A DNA stretch of 58,255 nt, the filler included, from Sphacelaria rigidula (lineage: Eukaryota), in NCBI GenBank assembly GCA_964200075.2. It is 10 parts of 10 records of this genome, joined end to end, with 100 filler letters (N's around TTAATTAATTAA, not from the genome) between each part and the next. Parts side by side here need not be neighbours in the genome. Positions count along the whole stretch, not along the records: positions 35,016 to 40,750 come from CAXNAA020024854.1; positions 40,851 to 46,585 come from CAXNAA020024855.1; positions 46,686 to 52,420 come from CAXNAA020024856.1; 7 more parts are not named here. The stretch is one strand, 5' to 3'. The notes beneath the pieces are model-generated. The model was not told the origin of the DNA. It made no database searches and saw only the letters and a list, made by a program, of their open reading frames with translations. The number at the start of each line of letters is the position of its first letter. Positions within the stretch are counted from its first letter, which is position 1. The translations under genes and the position numbers were made by a program. Shown here piece after piece: positions 39,366 to 51,772 of this stretch.

Positions 39366-41026
39366 TTGTAGCTGTTGTCTGAGCCGCGGTGTCACACTTT
39401 TCACAAACAGGAAGAGTATTGTAAGTCGATGGCGTTGTAGCACCTGGACTTCAACATGCTTACTGAGAAAAAACTTACTCGAGTTACAAGATTCTTTCAG
39501 AAAAGCAGGGGCCGAGCTGACAGGAGCCTTTCGATTCTTTAGAATAATGGGACAAGTTGATTCGAGTCGTTATGGATGGAATCGTCGGACTCAAGCCATC
39601 ACGATTGTAATTCCGACAAGAATGACCAACCTTCGACTCGAATGACCGCGACTACGTGTCATTAGAAAACGAGCCAGTCCGAGTACACTCATTGCGACCG
39701 TCCCGGGAGAAGAAACACCGTTGATTGCAGCCTTTGGGCTCTTCTTGTTGTGGCTGAAGATATTGAGGAAGTGAAACAGTTCCATGCTGTCGGCTTGCCG
39801 GCGTTTCTCACGCTATTTTTTCGGGAGCTACCGCATCATGGCGCATTGCACCACGGCTCACCTTTGGTAACTGTGGCCAACTTGCGAGCATATATTTCGA
39901 CTGCTACAGTCGGCTGCTGACCCGGTGCTCATAACGATATTTTCGTCGGAGTCAATCGCGAAGAGTGACGAGTTTTGCAAGGGCACTCGTATATCGTGTG
40001 CTGCATTCCTATGTGCTCTATTTGCCTGTACTTGTACTACAATAGCACAGGACTCCGGCTTTTGACCATTAGAGGCGAGATGTCGTACGGAAAAGACCCG
40101 CACAAAGACCTCTGTACAAACAGGGTCGGATTCTTTTTTTGCCACATCGCCCGCTTGAGACTCTCGAGGAGAAACGTTAGTTTGTATATACAGAGTATAT
40201 GAAGTAGTATCCCAGTGCCATTTTCTGCCGAACACTGCGTTATTATGCATTTATCTTTCACAGCGGCAGAGGTTGAAATACGACACACCATGTGCGTGTA
40301 CTTTCAACCACCGTTTCAGCCTCATTTGTAGATGATGACTGTGGATTGATGTGTTGTGTTGCCACGCTGTGGGCAGTCGGGCTGCGTTTCTTGTCATAAT
40401 ATCTAGGGTTACGTATTGTACACAGCATCTTTGTCAGTCAGTCTCAAAATAGTTCGGCACAAGTCATCCAGTTCTATCCGGACGTGTCCCTTCGAGAGCT
40501 GTTAAGCACTGGACTGACGACCGTTCCCAAATCATGTATATACCGTTCGCACCCTGGACAATGGATCACATTGTCAAAAAGTGTACTGTGTTTGATTGAC
40601 TGAATGATTGTCGTACTTTCACTGACCACCCATGGGTCCAGCCGTGGCCTCGTGATACAGGCTGAGCCGCCTAAGACGCGGACAGGGATGTGAACACGCG
40701 ATTTAACAGCTGAGTTTCAGGTTGTTTTCTATGAAATTTTGACACGATGTNNNNNNNNNNNNNNNNNNNNNNNNNNNNNNNNNNNNNNNNNNNNTTAATT
40801 AATTAANNNNNNNNNNNNNNNNNNNNNNNNNNNNNNNNNNNNNNNNNNNNAGGGCCAAACCCCCAAGGCAACCAACAAAGGAGACCCCCCCCCCCCCCCC
40901 TCACCCCCCAGATTGTAGCGTGATTCTCCACCAAACGCTCCTCGCCTAGAACCGCCGAACGTGCGCGCTAGCGTACGCACGCATACCCCGCGCCGAATCT
41001 AAACGTGAAATTCATAATCAGTGGCA

Positions 41027-43464
41027 TTATCCATCACGCGGCGGACCAGGCACTTCTAGCTCCAACTTTACGTTCGCATTCTCCGCCTCTTGAGTTTGCA
41101 CACTAGCAAACACGCCGAGGCACCCAGACCTCACTGCTGACAATTCATAGAGCCACCTCGTACCCGCACCGCTTCTACTGCTGCTGGAGCTACCACCACC
41201 ACCTATGCTGCCCGTACCACTTGAATTGGAAGCATGTTCCTCACAATCTCTGACCCAAATACCACAGTGGGCTGGAAAAGGGACGGCCGGCTCCACTCTT
41301 ATTCCTGTCACCACCCTTGCCTCTGACGACACCTCGCCATCAGACCCTGAGGGTGTGTGTGCTGGGAGCAACGGTAGTGTTGCACCATCCCGCCTTGGAC
41401 TGGGGTGCACACTACGGCGAGTGCCGAAAGCGGCCCATGAATCAGAGCCCGAGCGAGCTGCGCATCTGAGTTTCATTCGTCGTACATCAGCGACGCTTTC
41501 TCCACCACCCTCCGTCGGGCTAGGGCAGGATGTGGCCACCCTGGTGTTGAGTTCGACCATGTCGCAAACTGCAGTTGTGTTGTGTGTAGTAGCATGCTGA
41601 AGGCAGAACTGTGCCTCATCCAAGTTGTGTTTCTTGGAGAAACCCCGCTCGGAGCACACCTCCTTGCTTAACTCACCATGTTCCACGCCAAACCTACCCA
41701 CCCTAGCGTGCTCTGAGCAGAAATCCACCTTCCTGCTCCCCGCAACACAATTTGATGGTTGCGTGAGGCAGCCCTCGTCACCGCACCTTGTTTTCACCAC
41801 GCCCACCACTCCCGCTCCGGCGTGCTCAGCGCAGAACTCCATCTTCGTGCTTCTTACCACACGTCGTGATGGCCGCTTGAGGCGGCCCTTATCGCCGAAC
41901 CTCTTGTTTACCACATCTACCATTCCCGCCCTGGCGTGCTCGGAGCGGAACTCCGCCTTTTTGCTCCCTGCTACGCCATACGATGAATGCTTGAGAAAGG
42001 GGTCGGCGCTGCACCTCTTGTCCCTCATGTTACCATTCCCGCCCTAGCGTGCTCGGAGCAGAACTCCGGCTTCGTGCTTCCTGCTACACCATACGACGGG
42101 TGCTTGAGACAGCCATCGTCGCCGCACCTCCTCTTCACCACATTTACCATTCGCGCCCTGGCGTGCTCAGCGCACACCTCCGCCTTCTTGCTTCCTGCTA
42201 CGTCATACGACGGGTGCTTGAGACATCCCTCGTAGCCGCACCTTCTCTTCACCACATTTACCATTCGAGCCCTGGCGTGCTCAGCGCAAACCTCCGCCGT
42301 CTTGCTTCCTGCTACACCATGCGACGGATGCCTCAGACAGCCCTCGTCGCCGCACCTCTTGTTCACCACATTCATCATTCCCGCCCTGGCGTGCTCGGCG
42401 CAGAAGTTCGCCTTCTGGCTTCCGGCTACACCATACGACGGTCGCGTGACGCAGCCCTCGTAGCCGCATTTCTGCTTCACAGTTACCATTCCCGCTCTGG
42501 CGTGCTCTGAGCAGAACTCCACTTTATTGCTTCCGGCTACACCATACGACGATTGCTTGAGACAGCTCTCGTCGCCGCCCCTTTTGTTTACCACATTGAC
42601 CATTCCCGCCCTAGCGTGCTCGGAGCAGAACTCCGGCTTCGTGCTTCCTGCTACACCATACGACGGGTGCTTGAGACAGCCGTCGTCGCCGCACCTCCTC
42701 TTCACCACATTTACCATTCGCGCCCTGGCGTGCTCAGCGCAAACCTCCGCCTTCTTGCTTCCTGCTACGCCATACGACGGGTGCTTGAGACATCCTTCGT
42801 AGCCGCACCTTCTCTTCACCACATTTACCATTCGCGCCCTGGCGTGCTCAGCGCAAACCTCCGCCGTCTTGCTTCCTGCTACACCATGCGACGGATGCCT
42901 CAGACAGCCCTCGTCGCCGCACCTCCTCTTCACCACATTGATCATTCCCGCCCTGGCGTGCTCGTTGCAGAACTCCGCCGTCTTGCTTCCTGCTACACCA
43001 TACGACGGTCGCGTGACGCAGCCCTTGACGCTGCACCTCTTGCTCATCACATTAACCATTCCCGCCCTGGCGTGCCCAGCGCAGAACTCTCTCTTCTTGC
43101 TTCCGGCTATACCCTAGGGCGGATGCTTCAGACAACCCTCGACGCCGCACCTCTTGCTTATCACGTTCACCATTCCGACCCTGGCGTGCTCAGCGCAGAA
43201 CTCTCTCTTCTTGCTTTCTGCTACACCATACGACGGTTGCTTGGGACAGCCCTCGTCGCCGCACCTCTTGTTCATCACATCCACCATTCCCGCCCTGGCG
43301 TGCTCAAAGCAGAACTCCGCCAACTTGCTTCCTGCTACACCATACGACGGATGCTTCAGACAGCCCTCGTCGGCGTTCCTCTTGTTCACCGCATTTACCA
43401 TTCCCGCCCTTTCGTGCCTAGCGCAGAACGCCGCCTTGTAGGGGCATAGACCGTGCGATGACAC
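41027..43464 (-). pseudogene. EsV-1-7 cysteine-rich (Zn-finger-like) repeat protein, ~17 repeats of 38 aa, with an in-frame TAG (43116-43114) and a frameshift at ~42030
   Basis: Tandem KRCxxEGCxKxPSYGVAGSKKAEFCxEHARAGMVNV units (C-x4-C..C-x2-H), the EsV-1-7 motif of phaeoviruses and brown algae. The three ORFs are one interrupted frame. Confidence 0.9.
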
Positions 43465-46400
43465 CTTGGAGCAGCCCTGGTTGATGCGATCTATCGTCGT
43501 GACGTCGGCCGTCAGCTCCCTCTTCGCGTCCTCCTTCGAGAATCAACCTCTGCCGGCAGGACGATCGTCAAAACACCGGACAGCTGTTCGTGAGCTACGG
43601 CTGGCAACGGGATAGATTGGTTTGAGAAACAGTGTCTTTCCATTCGCTGCGCATAGTCAAGAAAATCGCGAGACACCTGCATCTAATGAGACAACACTCC
43701 ATATACACTGACCAATACAAATCTACTGCCCATGGGTATTCAGCGGATGAGCACGTCCTCTACACTACTGCAGTACGCACTGGGAGCAACTATGAAAACG
43801 CTGCAAACGTGAATAAATGCGTTGCAGAAACACTTAGCTGAAATTCCAATGTCAGGTTCCGCTTGGCTGTGCAAGCAAGACCTGGCAGGATGAGGCATGC
43901 CAAATCATAGATATCCGGGCTTGCACAACACCTGCCAACGCTTGAGGAGGTTGCTTTTCACTTTCGGGATAGCTGGCAACGTTGTGGAAAGTTGCCATAT
44001 TCTTACCGATATTTATACATGCTTGGGGGGAAAAGTATGAACTCGTGGGTACCTGATGGGTTTTCAAACTTTTGATCCGCTTTGATTGCGTGTAGGTAAC
44101 AACCGGAAATAAAACAGAGCTGCCCTCTTTCTTCAACTGCGCTTAACGTCACCCTCGGAGGCCAGTTATTCCAAACGTCGCGATGGACGTGATATGTGCA
44201 TAAGCGTGCAAGAAAATGAATTTCTGCTGAATCTCAATTGTGTCTCGCATGCATTTTTCGCATTTCTGCCGTACGCCTGCGCGCATTTTTTCCAAGAAGT
44301 ACAAGCTGATAACGATCAGTTATCGTCCGGAACTACAATATTTTACTGTTTCAGTTGCCACTCAACCTGCAAATCGGTATTCATCAGTTCTGGGACCTGA
44401 TCTACGCAGGAATAATTTGGGTACTGCTCATATCGTGTCGACAAGATGCGCATGGCTATGACATGCTCTTCTTCGCCGGACCGAAACGTGACGTCAGGGG
44501 AACGCCCAGAGGTGAGCGGGACACGAGATCGGGGAGGGCACAAAGACTTCAGATCAGTACATTCCAAACATGGTGGGTGAATACATCATAGCTGTACACG
44601 ATAGATGCGGACAGACATTCCAGATAGGGTAAAAAAAGATGATCGTCATTCTTGCTACAACTGCTCTGGAGGAAACATGGTCCGACCTCGAAACTATTCG
44701 AAAAGCGTTCGAGAGCATTGCTACAAGCAGGCAGAAGTTTGATAGCTTCAAGGAAATAGTTTCAAGCTGAAAGATACCTGAAAAATATAGAGCGAAGCGT
44801 TTTGAAGTGGCAGGTATCTGGTTTTCTTCCGAACAGGTTTTCTAACGTGAGAGGATACCTGCACATATTCGAGGAAGCCCTACTAGAGTGAACAGGTACC
44901 CCACGCGTGTGAGACCTGTACTTCCTGGAGTGAACAGTGTGTCTATATTTGTCGAAAACATACTTCCTGAAGTGAGCATGTGCCACACCTGCTGTTATTC
45001 CTTACGCGTGGTGTACTGTGCTGGCAGTGGGTTCAACGCCAGCACGAGCGTTTGGTGCAGAATGATAGAATGTACGCCTATAAGGCATGACAGGCCAGCA
45101 GTTTAGGTACCGCAGCTTTGATATCCGATTCCATGGTTTATGTTGTGTCTTCCCGATCATTTTGACTGGACGTGAAACCCGTCGTCCCTGGACCACCCCT
45201 TCGCCGTACTCCCGCCGTGGCACGTGCGAAGGTGCGCATGCAATCATTGGGCAGTGCAGCCGCAGACGCTCAGCAGTGGGCTGAATCTCGCATGAAGAGT
45301 CGCAAATCTCGATCCACATTCAGCCAAGACGCCAGCTTTTACCGTTTTATTTATTTTGTGTGTTTGCGACCTAAAGGAGGTGTGTCGTCAAGACCGAAAA
45401 ATATCGAACACCAGCGCACCCAGTACATGGCGCTCGAGGGCGTTGATTCCCAGAGGTGACGGTGATACGGATACGTTTGGAAGCTGGGACGATATACACA
45501 CGTGAGACTACGTAAGCAACTTGCGATCGTTTGCACGGATGCTCGCCAACGATTATCTACGTGAGCTGACGTCGGTGCTGTGTGGGTTCCTTGCGAGCTG
45601 TCAAACGTGTTGTGTCCTCTAGGGTACACTCGGCCTAACAAATCTCGGGTTTGCTAAATGAACGCTTAAGAAGCATTGAACCTAGCAATTTAATTTTGTG
45701 TGCACGTCATCCTCTCACCAGACCATCTTTCAACCCGACCGACACAAGTGTCACATGATCATCCGTTCAGGATACAGCAAAAGTGAACATCTCACGTGAC
45801 CATCTTCCAATAGGGCACAAGTCTTAAATTGCCATTAAAAAACCGCTCCAGGGAGACCGACACGTAAAAGAGACGCAAAACGTTCCACACCCTGAGCAAT
45901 AGGCGATGTCACACGCGGTGCACTTCCCATCGATTGCAAGTACTGAACGTCTTTTGCCCAGTGTGTGATCACTCCCTTTATAAGCGAATCCACGTCTCGC
46001 TGTAATGTGCGTGGCAGTAGCAAATATAGCACACGGAGTCTGCAAGGGAGTGCAAAATGATGCAGTGACAAGTGGAATGTTGTCATCACGAGGGGGGACG
46101 CCAAGCACGAGGAACATCGCGTTTGCCGTGCACGTGCTTCGCGTGCCGACATAGAATATCATGCCTTCAAAGTTCTCAAAACGTACACCCAGTCCTTCTT
46201 GGCGTTCGGCGACGAATTCGTTTAGGTACGACGGCTGCAAAGTATAGCCCCTGCCTTCCGACAGCCAGCAGTACTGCAATATGTTGAGTCCAAGAAACAC
46301 CAACACCCAAACTGTTCACCTCTACCGCTATACCATTCTAGATTGGGTGGCTGCTCTTTCCAGGTGATCTCTCTTGTTCAGAATATTCCAGCAATCATTG

Positions 46401-46685
46401 GAGATATCTCAACCTCGATATTCCCGGTATGCCCTCACAATAACTTACAGTTGAACATATTGGGGAACCTCAAAATTCCCGGTATGTTTCACAGTTATTC
46501 ACCGCCAAGCGTATCGTGAACCTTCCACACGTCGGACAGATTAGTTTCTATGCGATCCAGCTCCTACAGGTGAAGTATGAACACANNNNNNNNNNNNNNN
46601 NNNNNNNNNNNNNNNNNNNNNNNNNNNNNTTAATTAATTAANNNNNNNNNNNNNNNNNNNNNNNNNNNNNNNNNNNNNNNNNNNN

Positions 46686-46759
46686 GTCTAGAATCGTTAG
46701 GAGCCCCTGAACCAGACAAAATTTCGCGAAAAAAGTGCACCCCTACCGTAGCATTGCTC
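46686..46759. mobile_element. Right end of a GAG-terminated MITE (same family as 47828-48089 and 51627-51772)
   Basis: TCTAGAATCGTTAGGAGCCCCTG..GTGCACCCCTACCGTAGCATTGCTC matches 48012-48089. Confidence 0.75.
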
Positions 46760-46869
46760 AAGTGCATCTCTTCATGTAATGATTTATATAAAAATTCTGG
46801 CGCCTACTTTTGTCCATGTTCACGAAGTAAAAAAGCAAAAACTCGAAAATGTGGAACCGACAAAACCCC

Positions 46870-47690
46870 AAGAGGAGGGAAGCGGGGGGGGTAGGGTCCT
46901 TAGTCAAGGAATAACTGTGCGGCATCATAGAAGTGATAGAAGACACGAAATTCGACGAGATTATATGGACAAGGGTACCAGGAGAGCGGGGAACAAAGAA
47001 CTTCTTCATATAGGGAACATCTCCGTGCCCCCAGAACCGAAGAGTAGGGTGAACGATATACAGCGGAGGTTTGGAGAGATAGCAGCGGAAATGTATATGT
47101 TAGCATAAAGGGCAAAGAGAAGTAACAATGCTGGAGGGAGATTTCAATACAAGGTTTGGGAAAGCAGGTCAACCGGATGGAATCATTAGGCGATACGGGG
47201 AAGATAAGAACACAAATGGGGTAGAAATGTTAAAGTTCCTCGAGCATAATGAGATGAAGACGCTGAACGATATATTGCAAATGCCAGTGTCGCAATGGAC
47301 TTGCACTAGAAAATGTAACGACGAGAGAGAACGCTCCGTTCTTGACTATAATAGGCTCCAAAGTGGTAGAGCATAGGAATAGTGAGGAAAAGGAAGTACG
47401 TGTACGCGCAGAGGACGTGGGAACTGCAGATCATTGTCTAATATGGACAGAAAGCCAACAGACGGGCGTTAAAAGAAGTAGGCGGGTAGGTAGTCGTACA
47501 AATAGAGAATAGATAAACTAGATATGGACAAGAAAAGCGGCAAGAGTTCCAAGAAGAGATGGCCGAAAATACAGTGGAATTTTCCGAGCTGTTGGAACGC
47601 GTAGGTACAGTTGATACCGAAATGAAAAGAGATCGGGCACGAGCAAAGATTATGGAAGGATGGGAGCAGTTGCAACGTGTGTGAAGATAT
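46870..47690 (+). mobile_element. Degenerate LINE, apurinic-endonuclease domain
   Basis: Frameshifted motifs in order: GGVG.LVKE, GDFNTR, N.NG..ML, SVLDY, DVGTADHCLIW. Confidence 0.85.
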
Positions 47691-47692
47691 GT

Positions 47693-49265
47693 AAGGGCAG
47701 GTCGAGTAGAGTATGTACTTTTGTATACTCGGGTAAAATTCTCGAGTATTTACTCTACTCAAAGTTTGAGTAAATTGGGTACGGCCTCAAATACTCTACT
47801 CAAATTGTGGGTAGGTACTTGAGTATAGAGTGGTGCTACGGTAGGGATGCACGAGTATTTTCTGAGGTTAGAATTGGTAGGGGCCCTGTATCTCATTCAA
47901 AATTCGACTTATGGAAATACGTGAGAGTACGCCAGGATTACTATTCCGATGCGCTCGGGATATACCGAAGGAATTTGCAAACAGGGATGCCTTGACCCAT
48001 ATTCTCGTGCATCTAGAATCGTTAGGAACCCCTGGACCAGACGAAAGTTTGGGCGAAATGTGCATCCCTACAGTACTGCAGCATCGCTCTATAGAGTATC
48101 ACTTGGGTATGACCTCAAATACTCTACCAAAATTTTGGGAAGATTGAGCACGGCCTCAAATACTCTACTCAAATGTTGGGTAGATTGGGTACGACCTCAT
48201 ACACTCTACTCAGATTTTGAGTAGATGGAGCATGGCCTCAAATACTCTACTCAAATTTTGAATACATTGCGTACGACCTCGAATACTCTACTCAAATGTT
48301 GGGCAGGTTGAGTACGATCTCAAGTACTCTACTCAAATTTTGAGTGAGTACTCGCAATAATACTTAAGTAAGTACTCTCAGTAATACATGAGTATAGCGT
48401 ATCACTTGGGTATGACCTCAAATACTCTACTCAAATATTAGGTAGATTGAATATGACCTCAAATACTCTACTCAAATATTAGGTAGATTGAGTACGACCT
48501 CAAATACTCTTCTCAAACATTTGGTAAGCACTCTCAGTAATTCTGAGGTATAGAGTATCACTTGGTTATGGTGAAAAACCGTGACCGTCGGCGACTTCGC
48601 GACGTCACTTCACAGACTATGTTGAATATGTTGGCAAACGATGGTCATCAACGAGATTAGTGACGTTACGCCACGTTCTACAACGAGTATGAGGGGATGG
48701 CGGCCACCAAAAACCAACAAAACGTGCAGGTGAATGAACCTACCTGCCCCAGCTCACCCGCCCAAACCCATGGCAGTACATACTTCATACCTCGCAACCG
48801 CTTCGACATCAGTTTCGGTACAAAGCGCTACTCATCATCATTGGGTGATCGAGTGGACGGGTGGTTGGGTACCTGTAGATGTTGTCAAAATGAGCGACTC
48901 TACGGGCCGCACATCTGACTCCTCCATGGGCGAGCGACCCAGCGATGGAAACAGCGCAAGGGCAGGTCGAGTGGAGTATATACTGTTGAATACTGTACTC
49001 GGGTAAAATGCCCAAGTGTTTACTCCACTCAAATTTTGGATACATTGGGTATGACCTGAAATACTCCACTGATACATTGAGTACTCGTAAGTACTCTCGG
49101 TAATACTTGAGCATAGAGTATCACTTGGGTATGAGCTCAATACTCTACTCAAATTTTGAGCAGATTGAGAATGATCTCAAGTACTCTACTCGAATTTTGG
49201 GGAATAAAAAAGTATAATCTTTCGAAAATACCGAGTACTGAGTATACTCTATTCGATCTGCTCTT
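47693..49265. mobile_element. Non-autonomous TIR element(s) with 41-bp palindromic tandem repeats; a second left end at ~48959
   Basis: Left end AAGGGCAGGTCGAGTAGAGTAT versus right end ATACTCTATTCGATCTGCTCTT. Units resembling GACCTCAAATACTCTACTCAAATTTTGAGTAGATTGAGTAC start at 48111, 48152, 48193, 48234, 48275 and 48316. Confidence 0.8.
47828..48089. mobile_element. Nested MITE with GAG..CTC termini and a 4-bp TATA target-site duplication (Sola-like)
   Basis: TATA at 47824-47827 and 48090-48093; TIR core GTAGGGATGCAC. Empty-site-like sequences (ATAGAGTATCACTTGG) occur at ~48550 and ~49114. Confidence 0.8.
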
Positions 49266-49271
49266 GAAGCT

Positions 49272-50626
49272 GTGGTATCAGGATTGATGTTCGCGGATGA
49301 TCATGTGGGGATATCAAGAACACCAGGAGGACTGCGGAAACAGATCGACAAGGTGCTAGAATACACTAGGAAATAGAGAGTGACAGCGAACGTCAACAAA
49401 TGCGCGGTGCTTGTATGTAACGACGACGGTAAGAATCCGGTAGAGTTCGAATGGAAGTGGAGAATTGCCGATCGTAGACCAGTATACATACCCTGGCGTA
49501 GAGATATCAAAAAGTTATTCTTAGGACGCACACATAGATAAAGTAGTAAAAAAAATCAAGGCACAAACAGGCAGGGTAGACGGGATCCTCAGAGACTCGG
49601 ACCTTGACATTAGGATTAAGGTATGCAACCTGATGAACGTGATTGTACCAAAGCTGGAATATGCAGGAGAAGTATGGGAGGGGAACGTGAGGTTGGTGAA
49701 AATTTTGCAAACAGTACAGATGGCAGCAGCTAAGAGAATACTTGGTTGCTCGAATACAACGGGCAATACAGTATTGAGAGCAGAATTGAAAATGTACCCA
49801 ATAAAAACAAGCAGAGCCATGAAAAAATGATATGACAACATAGCGTAAAGAACATGCAGAGAAGGCGGTTGTGTAGCACAGTTGATGGGGCTGTATGAAA
49901 GAACGTTACGAAAGGGAAGGCTGGAATAAGATGGGATAAAGAAGTAGTGGAGAAAGTTTGGAAGGAGATAGGAGGAAATCAAGACGAAATACTGTTATTA
50001 GGCGAAGATACGGGGTACAGGACAAATTTAAGAGACATGATAGAAATAAGGGGAAAAGGAGCGCTCAGACGCGAAGTAAACGAGGAAGAACCCTGGAGAT
50101 ATACGGGGAGGTTGAGAGAGGGGATAGGGATGAAAACGTATCAGCATGCCCCAATGGACGCGGCGAAAATTTTGAAACTGCGATTTCGGGTGAGAGGCTT
50201 GGACCTGTCAGAAAGAAAAAAGAGATACACCAGTAGTCGAGAGGAGAACGAAGTAAATGCACAGAATAGCCTCTGTGGCAAGGCAGTAGAAAGCGGAACT
50301 AGTATAGTGGCAGAGTGTTGACTATTTAAGGAGGAAGGGGTAGAGGTGGAAATGCAGGACTTGAACGAAGGTGGCGCGAAATCATTTGATGCACTAAACA
50401 GTAGGAAGTAAACGATGGCTGTACTAGGAGATAGATGGTGGCCACAGACTGCGAAACTATTTTAACGGTTTTTGTGCAATGTATGGAAGAAACGTAATGA
50501 GCATCGAACTTTCGGAGGCGGCTCTATGAGGAGTAGGAACGATGCTCCGTCTCTAAAGGTCTGCGTGGATAATAGTCAACGACTAAGGCAAGCAACGAAT
50601 GAGTACACCCCCGCCACCCCCCCCCC
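49272..50626 (+). mobile_element. Degenerate LINE: reverse transcriptase C-terminal half, Cys-rich tail and poly(C) 3' end
   Basis: GLMFADDHVGIS, VTANVNKCAV, IVPKLEYAGEVW, AAKRILGC, LRAELKMYP and LKLRFR..CGKAVES...VAEC, with many stops and frameshifts. Ends TGA-GTACA-(C)n. Confidence 0.9.
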
Positions 50627-51062
50627 GCCTTTTCCGTCTAAAAGCTTGGCGTCGATTATCAACGACGCCGTAAAACACGCCATTCACTGCGAAAGCTAGG
50701 CTACCAATTTACCGTTTTTTTATCGCTTGCTTTATTTTTGCGGTAACCATGATGGTGGTCGAGTCAGATCATATTGTGTGGGGTGAGAGAACCTCAACTC
50801 CGCGCAAAAGGGATGATCATACTACGTGGTGCTTAAATGGTGAGGCACCTATGAGGCAGCGTAACCCGTGGCTGTCTCTGAAAGTGGTGATACCAGTGAA
50901 TGAAGCAATTCATTGAAGGCTGCCATCCGTATGCAAGGTAATCAGTGCGCTTGGAGCTGAACAATCTTAGCAGGGTGCAATTTACCCTTCATGCGACTCG
51001 CCGAGCCCATCACGGCGATTCGCGCTCGGTGTGTGATTGCAAGCTTGAACCGGCAAAACCAT

Positions 51063-51146
51063 GGCGTGCTCTGTCCCGGCTCTGTAGGGATGCGAGGTCA
51101 AATGGTCTTGTCACAACGACATGCAACATCATGAGTACACCCCCCC
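51063..51146 (+). mobile_element. LINE 3'-end fragment (second subfamily) with C tail
   Basis: TGCTCTGTCCCGGCTCTGTAGGGATGCGAGGTCAAATGG..ATCATGAGTACACCCCCCC. Confidence 0.75.
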
Positions 51147-51626
51147 GCGTAATCTATGTTATACAGCGGCAACACGACCGCCAGGGTGATTATGAGTACT
51201 GTGTAGCAGCCGCTTGGAACGCGAAGATTCGAGAAACTGAACGTCAACACCACTTCGAAGAATCTCTGAACAAGAAAACCTTGTTTGTGTTGGCCAAACC
51301 GTCAAGATGCTGCCGCCATCGAAATCTACGGTCTCCGTTGAACAGAGTCTTCGACAGCGGTCGTGTTGCCCTTTGTCTGGGGTCTACAACACACACCAGG
51401 CATGCGCAACAGACCTGCTTACGACACATCGCTGATGCGTACACCACACCGAAAAATTACTCATGTCCCCCCTTCTACTAGTGGGCACGATTCTCATCCG
51501 CCCCGACATGAGGAGGACTCATACACCTCGTAGGTATGACGTGCGAATTTCGTGCAGAAGCGGCCATAAAATAGACGGATCCTAGGGGAACGGGTCAAAT
51601 AAGTATTAACGGAACACTCGCGGGAG

Positions 51627-51772
51627 GAGGCGTTCCACGTTAGGGGTGCACAAAGCCTTTCTCGGGCTCTTCACTTTAGGAGCCCCTCAAAGAGAAACAC
51701 CTGGACACAACAAGTGTGCAACCTCAGACACCGTTTTGGCCTCAAACGTGCACCCCTACCGTAATACCACTC
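51627..51772. mobile_element. Short member of the GAG-terminated MITE family
   Basis: Inverted pair TAGGGGTGCAC / GTGCACCCCTA; internal TTAGGAGCCCCT shared with 46686-46759. Confidence 0.6.

Noticed and set aside
41205..43449. Plus-strand repeat ORFs, and an integrated phaeovirus
   Set aside because: The ORFs are antisense shadows of the EsV-1-7 array, and no NCLDV core genes were recognised nearby.
44640..44960. Possible MULE transposase remnant (AERYLKNIE..W..F..RF)
   Set aside because: The resemblance is too weak and the region has too many stops to call without a search.
48095..48570. CRISPR-like array of palindromic repeats
   Set aside because: The units are contiguous and degenerate, with no unique spacers and no cas genes, in a eukaryotic TE context.
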